A stretch of 64,000 nucleotides of DNA, from assembly GCA_021325635.1 (NCBI GenBank), contig JAJPGV010000034.1, positions 60,745 to 124,744 on the forward strand. Direction: 5' to 3'. The notes beneath the pieces were generated by a model, which saw only the letters and a list, made by a program, of their open reading frames with translations, was not told where the DNA came from and did not search any database. Position numbers and translations under genes: made by a program. This DNA comes from Chloroflexota bacterium (GTDB taxonomy: Bacteria > Chloroflexota > JAJPGV01). The number at the start of each line of letters is the position of its first letter. The stretch's first letter is position 1. Shown here piece after piece: positions 9,186 to 19,029 of the stretch.

Positions 9186-10490
9186 ATGTCTCGCCCCGCC
9201 CGCTTCCACTATGCCTGGATCGTGGCGGTGGTTACCTTCTTGACGCTGCTGGCCACGGCCGGCATTCGGGCCATGCCGGCCGTGCTCATCCTGCCGCTGG
9301 AGCAGGAGTTTGGCTGGAATCGGGCCACCGTATCGGTTGCTGTGTCGATCAACCTGCTTGTGTACGGCCTTATCGGCCCGTTTGCCGCCAGCCTCATGGA
9401 TCGCTTCGGCCTCCGCCGGGTCATCATGCTGGCACTCACGGCGGATGCGCTGGCCGTGGGCGGACTGCTGTTCATGCGATCGCTGTGGCAGCTGTACCTG
9501 CTGTGGGGCGTGCTGGTCGCCGTGGCGACTGGCTCCACGGCCATCGTGCTGGCAGCCACTGTAGCCAACCGCTGGTTCTTTGCTCGTCGAGGTCTGGTGA
9601 TGGGCGGCCTCACCTCGGCCAATGCCATGGGACAGATCCTGTTCCTGCCGCTGCTGGCCTACATCGCGGTCAGCGCTGGGTGGCGACCGGTGGTCATGGT
9701 GACCGCCGCCGTGGCCATGCTGATCCTACCCGTCAGCCTGGCCTTCATGCGAGACAGCCCCGAATCCATAGGGCTGCAGCCCTATGGAGCGCCGGCGGAG
9801 TCGGCCGCTTCATCCCTACCGCCTGGCGAAGCGGCGCCGCCGAAGCTGTCGGCGCTGGCATCGCTTCGTTTGGGCGTCCGCCGCGGCGACTTCTGGCTCT
9901 TGGCCGGCAGCTTCTTCGTCTGCGGGGCCAGCACGTTTGGGTTGATCAGCACGCACTTCATTCCGGCCTCGGTGGAGCACGGCGTGCCCGAAGTCACGGC
10001 TGCCAGCCTGCTGGCCGTGATGGGCACCCTGAACATTGCCGGGACCATGGCCTCGGGTTGGCTCACCGACCGCTACGACAATCGCTGGCTGCTGTGCGGC
10101 TACTACCTGATGAGAGGCATAGCCCTGCTGTTCCTGCCCTTTGCCTATGGTCTTGGCTTCTTCGGGCTGCTGGCCTTCGTCGTCTTCTACGGCCTGGATT
10201 GGATTGCCACCGTACCGCCGACGCTGGGCCTGTCCTCGCAAATCTTCGGCAAACGCAATGGGCCGGTGGTATTCGGCTGGATGTTCGCCGCCCACCAGGT
10301 TGGTTCGGCGACGGCCGCGCTCGGAGCGGGCATCCTCCGCACCTGGCTGGGCGACTACCAGCTGGCCTTCATGAGCTCGGGCCTGCTGTGCCTGCTGGCG
10401 GCGGGGATCGTGATCCGCATCGGCCGGGCTTCGCGCGGCAGCGTGCTCCCTGCTCGTCCGTTGGGGGCGGGTGTGCCGGCCGCGAGCTAG
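9186..10490 (+). CDS. MFS transporter (oxalate/formate antiporter-like)
   Basis: About 12 predicted TM segments with typical MFS topology; trimmed from the 8808 ORF-track start to ATG 9186 (MSRPARFHYAWIVAVVTFL). Confidence 0.8.
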   Translation: MSRPARFHYAWIVAVVTFLTLLATAGIRAMPAVLILPLEQEFGWNRATVSVAVSINLLVYGLIGPFAASLMDRFGLRRVIMLALTADALAVGGLLFMRSLWQLYLLWGVLVAVATGSTAIVLAATVANRWFFARRGLVMGGLTSANAMGQILFLPLLAYIAVSAGWRPVVMVTAAVAMLILPVSLAFMRDSPESIGLQPYGAPAESAASSLPPGEAAPPKLSALASLRLGVRRGDFWLLAGSFFVCGASTFGLISTHFIPASVEHGVPEVTAASLLAVMGTLNIAGTMASGWLTDRYDNRWLLCGYYLMRGIALLFLPFAYGLGFFGLLAFVVFYGLDWIATVPPTLGLSSQIFGKRNGPVVFGWMFAAHQVGSATAALGAGILRTWLGDYQLAFMSSGLLCLLAAGIVIRIGRASRGSVLPARPLGAGVPAAS

Positions 10491-11853
10491 TCGCTCGCTC
10501 GTCTCTCATCGACCCGGAGCGGCCCACTTCGGGCTGCTGATTCCACTGCTGCCGCTGGTCCTGTGGCTGGCTGCGCCCGCGGGCGCCGAGGCGCACGCAG
10601 CCTTCGTCAGCTCTGATCCCCCCGATGTTTGCGCACCGCAGGCCATTCCCCGGCTGTCCCCGACCGATCCGCGCTGTCAAACGGGAGTGCTGCTCGGCAC
10701 TTCGCCCGGTATGGTGACGGTGCGTTTGTCCGAGCCGGTGCAGCTGATAGGTCGTGGCATCAGGGTCCTGGGACCGTCGGGCTCGTTTGTCGCCTCCCCT
10801 CCGGCGACCGTCGACGGCACCGAGGCCAGGCTCGAGATCGGGCAGCTCGATCCGGGGACCTATGTGGTCGAGTGGCAGGTGCTTTCGGCCGACACGCATC
10901 CCACCCGTGGGCGCTTCGCCTTCAGCGTGGGGCAGACGAGCCGACCGGCTGTGGATCCGATGACCGGCGACGTCGGCCAGGTGACTCTGCTCGGCCTGGT
11001 CCTTCAAACCGCCGGCAGGTGGCTGCACTTTGGAGGTGTCGCCCTGGGTTTCGGCGGTCTGGCGTTTGCGCTGCTAACGGCTCGACGCCGCCGGGAGGCA
11101 TGGTGGCCGCTGCTGCTGGAGCGGTCCTGGTCCGAAGCGGGCTGGGGAGCGAGCCTGCTCATCCTGGCCGAGCCGGTTGCGCTGCTCGCCCAGAGTGCGA
11201 GCTTGGGCGTTGACACGACCTTCGATCCGGACACCCTCGTGGGTGTGCTGGGATCGAGCTTTGGCCTGCTGCTCGGCTTTCGCGCGGGGGCAGCGCTGCT
11301 GCTGTGGATGCTGGCCGGCGCTGCCCAGTTGGTGGAGAACGAGCCGAGCGAGCCGAAGCCGCTGCTGCTGGCAGCCGCCTGCCTCGGCCTGGCGCTGTCG
11401 GCGGTCGACGCCTTCTCGTCGCACGCCGGCAGCTTTCGGCCGGCCGCGCTCGGATTGGCGGTGCAGTCCCTGCACTCCACGGGCATGGCCTTATGGCTCG
11501 GAGCGGCGATGTCCATCGCGATCGCGCGGCGCAAGCTGAGTGGCGAGCGGTTGGAGGCGCTTCGCAGTTCCGCCAGATGGCCGGTGCTCCTGGGCCTGCT
11601 GCTCGTCGGCGCTACCGGTGTGGCCATGGCTGCCGTGCACATACCGTCGCTCGGCGCGCTCGTCGAAAGCGGTTACGGCAAGACGCTGTTGGCCAAGCAG
11701 GTGCTGCTGGGGCTGACGCTCAGCGCCGCGGCGCTGGCACGGGTAGGACGATCTCGGCTCCCGCGGGAGTGGTGGTCTGCATGCGATCTGGCGGCGCTGG
11801 TGGCGGTGGTCGGCAGCGCCAGCCTGCTGGTATCGCTGCCCCCGCCGCGCTGA
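10471..11853 (+). CDS. Copper resistance protein, CopC-CopD fusion
   Basis: N-terminal signal peptide then CopC-like periplasmic domain (AEAHAAFVSSDP ... VVEWQVLSADTHPTRGRFAFSV), followed by a multi-TM CopD-like domain. Start uncertain; ORF overlaps the MFS gene end. Confidence 0.75.
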   Translation: MCRPRASRSLVSHRPGAAHFGLLIPLLPLVLWLAAPAGAEAHAAFVSSDPPDVCAPQAIPRLSPTDPRCQTGVLLGTSPGMVTVRLSEPVQLIGRGIRVLGPSGSFVASPPATVDGTEARLEIGQLDPGTYVVEWQVLSADTHPTRGRFAFSVGQTSRPAVDPMTGDVGQVTLLGLVLQTAGRWLHFGGVALGFGGLAFALLTARRRREAWWPLLLERSWSEAGWGASLLILAEPVALLAQSASLGVDTTFDPDTLVGVLGSSFGLLLGFRAGAALLLWMLAGAAQLVENEPSEPKPLLLAAACLGLALSAVDAFSSHAGSFRPAALGLAVQSLHSTGMALWLGAAMSIAIARRKLSGERLEALRSSARWPVLLGLLLVGATGVAMAAVHIPSLGALVESGYGKTLLAKQVLLGLTLSAAALARVGRSRLPREWWSACDLAALVAVVGSASLLVSLPPPR

Positions 11854-11874
11854 GGTCCCGCTACGATAACGTCG

Positions 11875-13038
11875 GTGGAGCTCACTGCCAGCGATTGCTT
11901 CGTGGATCCCGACGTCGCGGTCGCGCGCAGCTTGCCCTCCGCCAGCTTCACCGAGCCGTCGTTTCTGGACCTGGAGCTGAGCACGATCTTCGGCCGGCAC
12001 TGGCTGCTGGCCCCGCAGCGTACGGCGGCGGAGCTCCGCGTGGACAGCCGATCGCTCGGCGAGCTGGTTCGACTGCGTGGGTCAATGGCGCCGCTCAGCC
12101 TCCTGGACCAACCGCTGTTCCTGTTGCGGGATTGGGAGGATCGCCTGCACTGCTTCCCTAACGTCTGCACCCATGCCTGGTACCCGTTGGTGCACGGCCC
12201 TGGCCGCGAGAAGACGCTGGTGTGCCGCCAGCATGGCCGCAAATTCGACTGCGCCGGGCACTATCTTTCGCAGCCTGGTTTCGCATCGCCGGGCGTGCCG
12301 CAGGTCGACGACCTGTGTGAGCTGCCTGTCGAAGAGTGGGGCCAGCTGCTGTTCGTAGCCCTGGGGAAGCCTGAGCGGCCGTTCGCGACGGTCTTCGCCG
12401 AGGTGCAGGAGTCGCTGCGCTGCCTGGCGTTGGAAACGTGCCGGCGGGCGCCGCAGGAGGCCGAGGAGCGGATTGTCGATGGGAATTGGAAGCAGCACGC
12501 CTGGAACTACATGGACACCTTCCATCTTCCCTTCATCCATCGGGCGCCCGGCGGCTTGGTGGATGCGCTGGACATGTCCTCGTACGTCACCGAGCTCTAT
12601 CCCTCCACGGCGCTGCAGTGGGCCTACGCCCGTGACCCCGCTCATGGCTTCGATCCGGATCTGCTGCCGCCGCGCTTCAGCCATCCAACCAAGCGTGTGT
12701 TCGCCCTGTGGTGGTTCGTGTTCCCTAACCTGACGCTCAACTTCTACCCATGGGGCCTGTCGGTCAATGTCTACGCGCCTGTTCCGGGTTGCCCGAACCG
12801 CACGCGATTCTTTTGGTATCAGTTCGTGCTTGACGATGAGAAGTACGCTCGGCGGGATGCTGTCTGGCTCAACCGCCAGGTAGACGCTGAGGACGTGGAC
12901 GCCATGGCTCAGGTGCGTCTTGGCGCGCAATCACGCTTCGCCCCGCGCGGCCGGTTTGCGCCTGGGGCGGAAGCGGGTCCGCACTGGTTCCACCGCCTGG
13001 TGTACCAAAACGTGTTCGAGACCGGCGCCGGCGCGTAG
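11875..13038 (+). CDS. Rieske [2Fe-2S] domain oxygenase (ring-hydroxylating oxygenase alpha-like)
   Basis: Rieske motif CTH-x17-CRQH (NVCTHAWYPLVHGPGREKTLVCRQHGRKF) and a C-terminal catalytic-type domain; 387 aa. Confidence 0.8.
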   Translation: MELTASDCFVDPDVAVARSLPSASFTEPSFLDLELSTIFGRHWLLAPQRTAAELRVDSRSLGELVRLRGSMAPLSLLDQPLFLLRDWEDRLHCFPNVCTHAWYPLVHGPGREKTLVCRQHGRKFDCAGHYLSQPGFASPGVPQVDDLCELPVEEWGQLLFVALGKPERPFATVFAEVQESLRCLALETCRRAPQEAEERIVDGNWKQHAWNYMDTFHLPFIHRAPGGLVDALDMSSYVTELYPSTALQWAYARDPAHGFDPDLLPPRFSHPTKRVFALWWFVFPNLTLNFYPWGLSVNVYAPVPGCPNRTRFFWYQFVLDDEKYARRDAVWLNRQVDAEDVDAMAQVRLGAQSRFAPRGRFAPGAEAGPHWFHRLVYQNVFETGAGA

Positions 13039-13051
13039 CTCGGCCCGGCGC

Positions 13052-13438
13052 CTACTCGGACTCCAGCTCGGCGATAGCCTCGATCTCGATCATTGCGCCT
13101 GGGATCGCCAGCGCGACCACCTGGACCAGCGTGCTGGCCGGTGGATTCGACGGAAAGAGCTGGGCTCGAACCTCGTTGTAGCCCTCGCGGTAGCGCATGT
13201 CCGTAATGAAAACCGTGGTCTTGACAATGTCGCTGAGGCTCCCGCCGGCCTCTTTCAGCACGGCGGCCAGCTGATAGAAAGCGTGCGTGGTCTGGACCTT
13301 GATGTCCGGCGTGAGGGTGCCGTCGTGCTCGGTGCCTATGGCCCCGGCGAGGTAGACGGTGCTGCCGCAGCGCCAGCCGCGGCTGTAACGGCCCGGGTCC
13401 TCCAGGCTCGCGGGCTGCAGACGTTGTCGATGAGCCAT
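13052..13438 (-). CDS. RidA/YjgF family protein
   Basis: 128 aa with YjgF/RidA-like sequence (TVFITDMRY ... EIEAIAEL). Confidence 0.85.
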   Translation of the reverse strand: MAHRQRLQPASLEDPGRYSRGWRCGSTVYLAGAIGTEHDGTLTPDIKVQTTHAFYQLAAVLKEAGGSLSDIVKTTVFITDMRYREGYNEVRAQLFPSNPPASTLVQVVALAIPGAMIEIEAIAELESE

Positions 13439-13469
13439 AACCCTTCCTGTTCCTTCGCGTGCTCGAGCA

Positions 13470-15383
13470 TCACACCAGAGCGGCTGCGTCCAGGCGTTTC
13501 AGCTCGGCGATAAGCGCGGGCACGACCTGGCGATAGTCGCCCACAATCCCCAGGTCGGCTTGCTCGAAGATTGGCGCGTCCGGGTCGTGGTTGATAGCCA
13601 CGATCGTCCCGGCGCCGCGGATGCCCGCGGTATGCGTGAATTCGCCCGATACGGCCACGCCCACGTACAGCTGTGGAGAGATGAACTTGCCGGTAACGCC
13701 AATCTGCTGCTGGCGTGGCAGCCAGCCGGCGTCGGCCACGCGGCGGGTCGCGCCGACAGCCGCGCCCAGGGCCGCCGCCAAGCTCTCGACATAATGCAGG
13801 TTTGTGGGGCCGCCGATGCCTGCCCCGGCGCACACCACACGGGAGGCGTGGTCGAGCTCGATGCCTCCCGTGCCTGCGCTGCGCTGGCAAGCCAGGACCG
13901 CGGATCGCGGCGCCGCCAGCGCAGGCGGCGGGGGGAGGGGAATGACGGCCGCCCTGCGCCCCATATCGGGCCGGCAGGGAGCTACGGCCCCGGGCCGCAC
14001 GGTTACCAGATGAGGAAGCGTACGCGAGTAGACCCGGGCAGCCACACTGCCGCCAAAGGCCGGCTTGATCTGACAGAGGCCTCGTCCGTCCAGCTCGAGC
14101 CCGATAGCATCGCCGGTGAGCCCCAGGTTAAGCCGGGCGGCGACTCGCGGGAGGTAATCACGCCCCATTGCCGTGGCCGGAGCGAGAACGGCCCACGGCC
14201 GGAAGCGGTTGATAGCTTCTGTCAGCACCTGGCTGAACGTCTCGGCCAGGTACGGATCCAGCCGCTTGTCGTCGGCAACGTAGACCGTATCGGCGCCGGA
14301 GGCAGCCAGGGCGGGGACGAGCTGCTGCACCTCGTACCCCAGCAGCACGGCCGCGGCCTGGCCACCCAGCTGCTGCGCCAGCCGGGCGCTGGCGCCGAGC
14401 AGCTCGAAGGTGGCCTCACGAATCTCCCCGTCCAGCTGCTCGACCACGACCCAGATGGCCTTGCAGGGATCTCCCAGGGTGGGGCGATCCGGCAGCGGCT
14501 CGAGCGCCGGAGGTGAGTCCCCGTCGAGCCGCAGCCGCCGGCGAAGGTGATCCACGAGCTCTTTGCCCGCGCGCGCCGGATCGTCGCCGGAAATGACGAT
14601 CGGACTGCGCGTCGAGCCCATTGCGAATACGCCGTCCACCGAGGTGGGCGATCCCTGGCTGCCTACCTCAGCGCTGTCCAGTCCGAGATCCGCGGCGGTG
14701 CGCACCTCCAGCGGCTTCGCCTGCGCCGCGACTCGCATGTCCGGCGAGAGAGGGAAGCGTTGGAGCTTGGTCCCCCAGCGCTCGTAGAAGAAGTCCACAT
14801 CGCCCTCGGGGATCGACGGCACGCGATCTCCGCGGATCAGCCGCTCGCCGGCGGTGATCACCGCCGGCAGACGGACCTCGATCGTCTCGATGCCGTCGTC
14901 CGTCTCGCGGTCCAGGATGGCCCGAGTCCCGCCGTCTTCGATCCGCAGCGAGGTGGCGTTCGTGACCTGCGGCACGTCCAGCAGCTCGGCGAGCTCGGGG
15001 CCCACCTGCCCGGTATCGGCGTCCAGACTGTTCCTGCCGCACAGCACAAGATCGGCGCGCTCTCGCCGAATCACCGCCGCCAGGGCTCGCGCCGTGGCCA
15101 GGGTATCGGCTCCGGCGAAGGCAGGATCGCACAGGTGTATGGCCCTGTCCGCGCCCACGGCCAGCGCACCACGCAGCACGTCGGCCGCCTGGGGTGGGCC
15201 CATGGTGATGACGACGACCTCTGCGCCCAGCTGTTCCTTGAGCGCCAGGGCCTGGGCGATGCCGCGGCGGTCGTACGGGTTCAGCTCGTTGAGCACGCCC
15301 TCCCGCCGGATGGTGTTGGTCTCAGGGTTGAAAGCGACGGCGTCGAGCTGTGGGACCTGCTTGACGCAAACGGCGACCTTCAA
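13470..15383 (-). CDS. Fused electron transfer flavoprotein, EtfB-like N-terminal half and EtfA-like C-terminal half
   Basis: 637 aa. N-terminus MKVAVCVKQVPQ is the ETF beta signature; C-terminus (PQLYVGVAVSGEFTHTAGIRGAGTIVAINHDPDAPIF) is the ETF alpha FAD-binding region. Confidence 0.85.
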   Translation of the reverse strand: MKVAVCVKQVPQLDAVAFNPETNTIRREGVLNELNPYDRRGIAQALALKEQLGAEVVVITMGPPQAADVLRGALAVGADRAIHLCDPAFAGADTLATARALAAVIRRERADLVLCGRNSLDADTGQVGPELAELLDVPQVTNATSLRIEDGGTRAILDRETDDGIETIEVRLPAVITAGERLIRGDRVPSIPEGDVDFFYERWGTKLQRFPLSPDMRVAAQAKPLEVRTAADLGLDSAEVGSQGSPTSVDGVFAMGSTRSPIVISGDDPARAGKELVDHLRRRLRLDGDSPPALEPLPDRPTLGDPCKAIWVVVEQLDGEIREATFELLGASARLAQQLGGQAAAVLLGYEVQQLVPALAASGADTVYVADDKRLDPYLAETFSQVLTEAINRFRPWAVLAPATAMGRDYLPRVAARLNLGLTGDAIGLELDGRGLCQIKPAFGGSVAARVYSRTLPHLVTVRPGAVAPCRPDMGRRAAVIPLPPPPALAAPRSAVLACQRSAGTGGIELDHASRVVCAGAGIGGPTNLHYVESLAAALGAAVGATRRVADAGWLPRQQQIGVTGKFISPQLYVGVAVSGEFTHTAGIRGAGTIVAINHDPDAPIFEQADLGIVGDYRQVVPALIAELKRLDAAALV

Positions 15384-15408
15384 GCGCGGACGCCGGCGCT
15401 GATCTCCG

Positions 15409-16488
15409 TCATTGGCCGACGTGCCGGTCCTGCGCGCTCTGGACGTATGAGGTGTCGACCATCTTGGCTACGTCGTAGTCGGCGACCTTGGGGTTGCGCT
15501 TGGCCAGCACGTCCTTGGTGTCGGCAAAGTCGGCGGCCTTGGGGAACGGGTATGCCGGGGTCACGTCGTTCTGGGCGAAGTAATCGTAGTTGAGCGCCAT
15601 GGCCGCGTCGTCGTCCGTCTTGAGGTACTTCTTCAGCACGCCGATGGTGAAAGCCTTGTCCTTCTTCTCACGCACGATGCCTTCGACCAGCGAGTCGACG
15701 TAACGCTGGATGACGTCCTTATGGCTGTTGGCATAGGAGCGGGAGACAATCATCTGCACGGTCACCGCCGGTAAGCGCAGACCGGCGAGATCGACCAGCG
15801 TGTGGAAGCCGCGGTTCTCCAGGCCGATCTTGTCGGCCATCTGGACGACACCCGCCTGTATCGCGCCGCTGTCCAATGCGGCCGCAATGACGGAGCCGTT
15901 GCCAACCTCGACTATGGTGACGTCCTTGTCGGGATCGAGTCCGAGCTTCTTCAGGGATACCCGGGTGGCGACGTCCGAGCTCGAGCCGTAATTGGTGACG
16001 CCTACCTTGCCACCCTTGAGCGTCTGAGCGTCGGGGACCTTGGGTATGGTCACGAAGGCCTGGGGATAGACCGGCGCCAACCCCGCGACGTCCACCAGAT
16101 CGGCGCCGCCCGCGGCGGCGGCCAACGCTTCGCCGCCGCCCACATGCGCTACCTGCGTTTGATTGGCGACGAGCGCGGCCATGCCGGCCGTGGAGGCGAT
16201 GACCTGCAGGTCGACGTCCAGGCCATGCTGGGCAAAGATGCCGGCTTCCTTCGTGACCCAGGCCGGCAGGAACACCGGCTGAAGGCTGTGCGACACCACC
16301 AGCTTGGTCAGGGCCTGGCCCGACGCCGCAGCCTGCGTCCCTGGCTTAGCCGACGCTTCAGCCGAAGCCGATGGTTTGGCTTGTGCCGCCGGCGAGCTGG
16401 CCGCTGGCGCGGCAGCTTGCCCGGAGCCGCAGCCCGCAAGGAGCACCGCCCCGAGCGCTAGTCCCGCTCTTCGGTGCCAAGCCCTCAC
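15409..16488 (-). CDS. ABC transporter substrate-binding lipoprotein (NMT1/SsuA/TauA-like)
   Basis: Lipobox (LLAGCGS) followed by an NMT1-like binding domain. Start trimmed to GTG at 16488; the ORF-track start 16608 adds an implausible Arg-rich leader. Confidence 0.7.
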   Translation of the reverse strand: MRAWHRRAGLALGAVLLAGCGSGQAAAPAASSPAAQAKPSASAEASAKPGTQAAASGQALTKLVVSHSLQPVFLPAWVTKEAGIFAQHGLDVDLQVIASTAGMAALVANQTQVAHVGGGEALAAAAGGADLVDVAGLAPVYPQAFVTIPKVPDAQTLKGGKVGVTNYGSSSDVATRVSLKKLGLDPDKDVTIVEVGNGSVIAAALDSGAIQAGVVQMADKIGLENRGFHTLVDLAGLRLPAVTVQMIVSRSYANSHKDVIQRYVDSLVEGIVREKKDKAFTIGVLKKYLKTDDDAAMALNYDYFAQNDVTPAYPFPKAADFADTKDVLAKRNPKVADYDVAKMVDTSYVQSAQDRHVGQ

Positions 16489-16756
16489 GAGAACGAGAGC
16501 GTTCCGCCTGGTCTTAGGAGTAATCGTGAATGAGGTGCGAATAGCCAACCACTGCCTCCGTCCTGAATTGAACCGTCCGATTCTCCCGCTTTCGGCCGGC
16601 CTCAGCAAGCGATCTGGCGGCCTGCCTGACTACCGGGGCAAGGCTGCGGCACGTGGTGCCGCGCAAGAGATTGCGAACAATCGTGCAGGGCAGGACCCCG
16701 CGCCCACCCTGTACGGCAGCTCATTACCTAATCCAGCGTCGCAACCTCGTCGGCCA

Positions 16757-19021
16757 TCACCCAATCTCCACCGGAAAGAGGTGGCTGGTCTCGTCGGGAT
16801 TCGAGGCGAGGGGCAGGCGCTGGCCGGAGGCGAGGTCGTAGACACCGACTTCGGCCTGGTACCGGCCGGGGGACAGGCTCGACACGTCGAGGACGTGGGT
16901 GTCGGGTACCAACTGCCCGGTGGGGAGCAGCGACGTGGGGTACCGGGCGCCGTCGGGTTGGCTGTCGTGCTGCGCCGCGAGCTTATCGTCCGGGCCCAGC
17001 AGGTGCACGAAAACCGTATAGTCCTTGCCGATGGGGCCTCTCGCCTGCCAGACGAGCGTGGCGCGGAGGCTCTTGCCGTCCTGCGTGAAGCTGTGGCCGG
17101 CCAGGGTGAGGTTATCGGCGAAGGGCAGACTATCCGAGACCGACGGCGATGTCGTCCGCGGCGGGAGCAGCATGAAGCGGCCCACTTCGGTCGTATCGTT
17201 GGCCAGGGGCGTGTCGCTTGCGCCTACTGCCGGCAGGTGGGGGCCACCTTCCACCGGCACGAAGATGCTAAGCAGCAGCGTATGCACCCCGCTTGCAGGT
17301 GGCTGCACGATGAGCCGGTGGCGGTCTCGCACCGTGAGGCCCGGCGTCCACTGACTGGTGGGCGCGCGTCCTTCGTCTGGCGTCGACAGCTCCTTCCAGG
17401 TGATGACGCCGTGGCTGTCGATCGCGGCCAGGTCCACCAGGTAGTCGAGGTCCATCGGGCGCAGCGCGCGCCAGACGAGGTCCACCGACACCGTATCTCC
17501 GGGATGGATGCCGGTGGGCGAGGGCGTTGAGTAGCCCACCAGCTCCAGTGCATCGCCGAAGCGCACCTGTGCCTGGTGCTCGATCGGGCCCTTATAAGGG
17601 GCAGGGAAGGCATAGGCAGGAACGAGCACCAGCAGCAGCGCACCCACGTTCAGTCCGACCAGGCCCAGGGGCAGGACCAGCAGGGCCTGCCAGCGACGCA
17701 CCAGTCGTTGGAGCCCGATCACGATGAGCAGCGTCAGCGCGGGAAAGGCGGGCAGCACCAGGCGCCACTGGTCGGCAGCGGCGTTGACCTCTATCCAGCG
17801 CGCCAGGGACAGGATGAACGCCACCGGCCACAGCAGCACCAGCAGGTGGCACAGGACGGCCGGGCTGCCGGCCAGCTGCGGCAGCGAGCGACGCATCAGC
17901 TGCCGCGCGGCAGCCACCGCCGCGGCCGCCAAGCCGAGCAGGCACAGCGCGTCGAAGGTGAAGTAGGCAATCGGGCTGACCGGTACGTTGGTCCAGCCGA
18001 AGACAGCCAGGGCGGTGCTGGTCCTCCCGAAGAGCTGGGCCAGTGCGGGCAGCAGGCCGATCGGCTGGGGTCGGAGCATCTGGCCGACCGCGGCGAGCAT
18101 CGGTTCCCAGCCCAGTGGATCTCCGAGCAGGATCCAATTGCGGGCGTACCACCAGCCGGCGATGCACAGAACCATGACGCCGACTGCGCCTGCCTGCAGC
18201 AGGGCTCGGAGTTGACGGCCCTGCAGCCAGCGCAGGCCCATGAAGCCGACGGCCAGCGCCACCGCGCTGAGGCCGCTCAGCTTGGCAAGCGCGGCATTGC
18301 CCAGCACCAGCCCCAGCAGCACTGTCTCCGTCCAGGGCGAGCCGTGATTCAGCCAGCGGAGCAGCAGGTACAGCGCCGCGGCGGACAGCCCGGCGATAGC
18401 GTTGTCCGCGTTCAGCACGCCGGAGATGAACAGCACCTGCGGGATCAGGCCCAGGATCGCCGCGGCGCACCATGACAGGGCGGGGGGTAGTCGCAGCTCC
18501 CGCGCGCTGCCGTAGGTAGCCAGTACGGCCAGCAGCAGGAACACCAGGTTGGCCAGCCGCATCGCGTGCAGCCGCAGCATGGTGCCCGTCCATGGGAAGG
18601 CTTCCTCGGCGCGGTGGTAGTAGAGGTTGACGTTGCCGTAATCGGTACGGTCCTGGAACGGATTGTGGTGATCCCACACGGGCACGTTGTCCGGCTGCGA
18701 CGGCGCCAGCCGAGCGATCAGCGATTCGAAGGCGTAATAGAACGGAGGCTGGCCGAACTCGGGATCTTGTCCGTTGACGCCCTGCAGCGGCAGTCCCTGT
18801 CCGCTGACCAGGCGATCGACGTAGTTGTAGTGGCCTGGCTCATCGGGCGCCTCGAAGGCCGGCGCCGCCACCGAGTACGCCGCGGCGAACAGGCAGCACA
18901 CAACGATGAGCGCAGCCAACGCCGGCCACCCCGAGGACCGGCCGCGTGCCGCGGTGGCTGTTGCCTCGGTTTGAGCGCCCGTGATCCGTGCCTGCGAGGA
19001 GGTGGAGACGGCTAAGCCCAT
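16757..19021 (-). CDS. GT-C fold membrane glycosyltransferase-like protein, paralog 2
   Basis: 754 aa. Hydrophobic N-terminal two thirds with a PDEPGHY loop motif; C-terminal modules share the DYTVFVHLL motif with the other two paralogs. Confidence 0.7.
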   Translation of the reverse strand: MGLAVSTSSQARITGAQTEATATAARGRSSGWPALAALIVVCCLFAAAYSVAAPAFEAPDEPGHYNYVDRLVSGQGLPLQGVNGQDPEFGQPPFYYAFESLIARLAPSQPDNVPVWDHHNPFQDRTDYGNVNLYYHRAEEAFPWTGTMLRLHAMRLANLVFLLLAVLATYGSARELRLPPALSWCAAAILGLIPQVLFISGVLNADNAIAGLSAAALYLLLRWLNHGSPWTETVLLGLVLGNAALAKLSGLSAVALAVGFMGLRWLQGRQLRALLQAGAVGVMVLCIAGWWYARNWILLGDPLGWEPMLAAVGQMLRPQPIGLLPALAQLFGRTSTALAVFGWTNVPVSPIAYFTFDALCLLGLAAAAVAAARQLMRRSLPQLAGSPAVLCHLLVLLWPVAFILSLARWIEVNAAADQWRLVLPAFPALTLLIVIGLQRLVRRWQALLVLPLGLVGLNVGALLLVLVPAYAFPAPYKGPIEHQAQVRFGDALELVGYSTPSPTGIHPGDTVSVDLVWRALRPMDLDYLVDLAAIDSHGVITWKELSTPDEGRAPTSQWTPGLTVRDRHRLIVQPPASGVHTLLLSIFVPVEGGPHLPAVGASDTPLANDTTEVGRFMLLPPRTTSPSVSDSLPFADNLTLAGHSFTQDGKSLRATLVWQARGPIGKDYTVFVHLLGPDDKLAAQHDSQPDGARYPTSLLPTGQLVPDTHVLDVSSLSPGRYQAEVGVYDLASGQRLPLASNPDETSHLFPVEIG

Positions 19022-19029
19022 GGCTGCGC

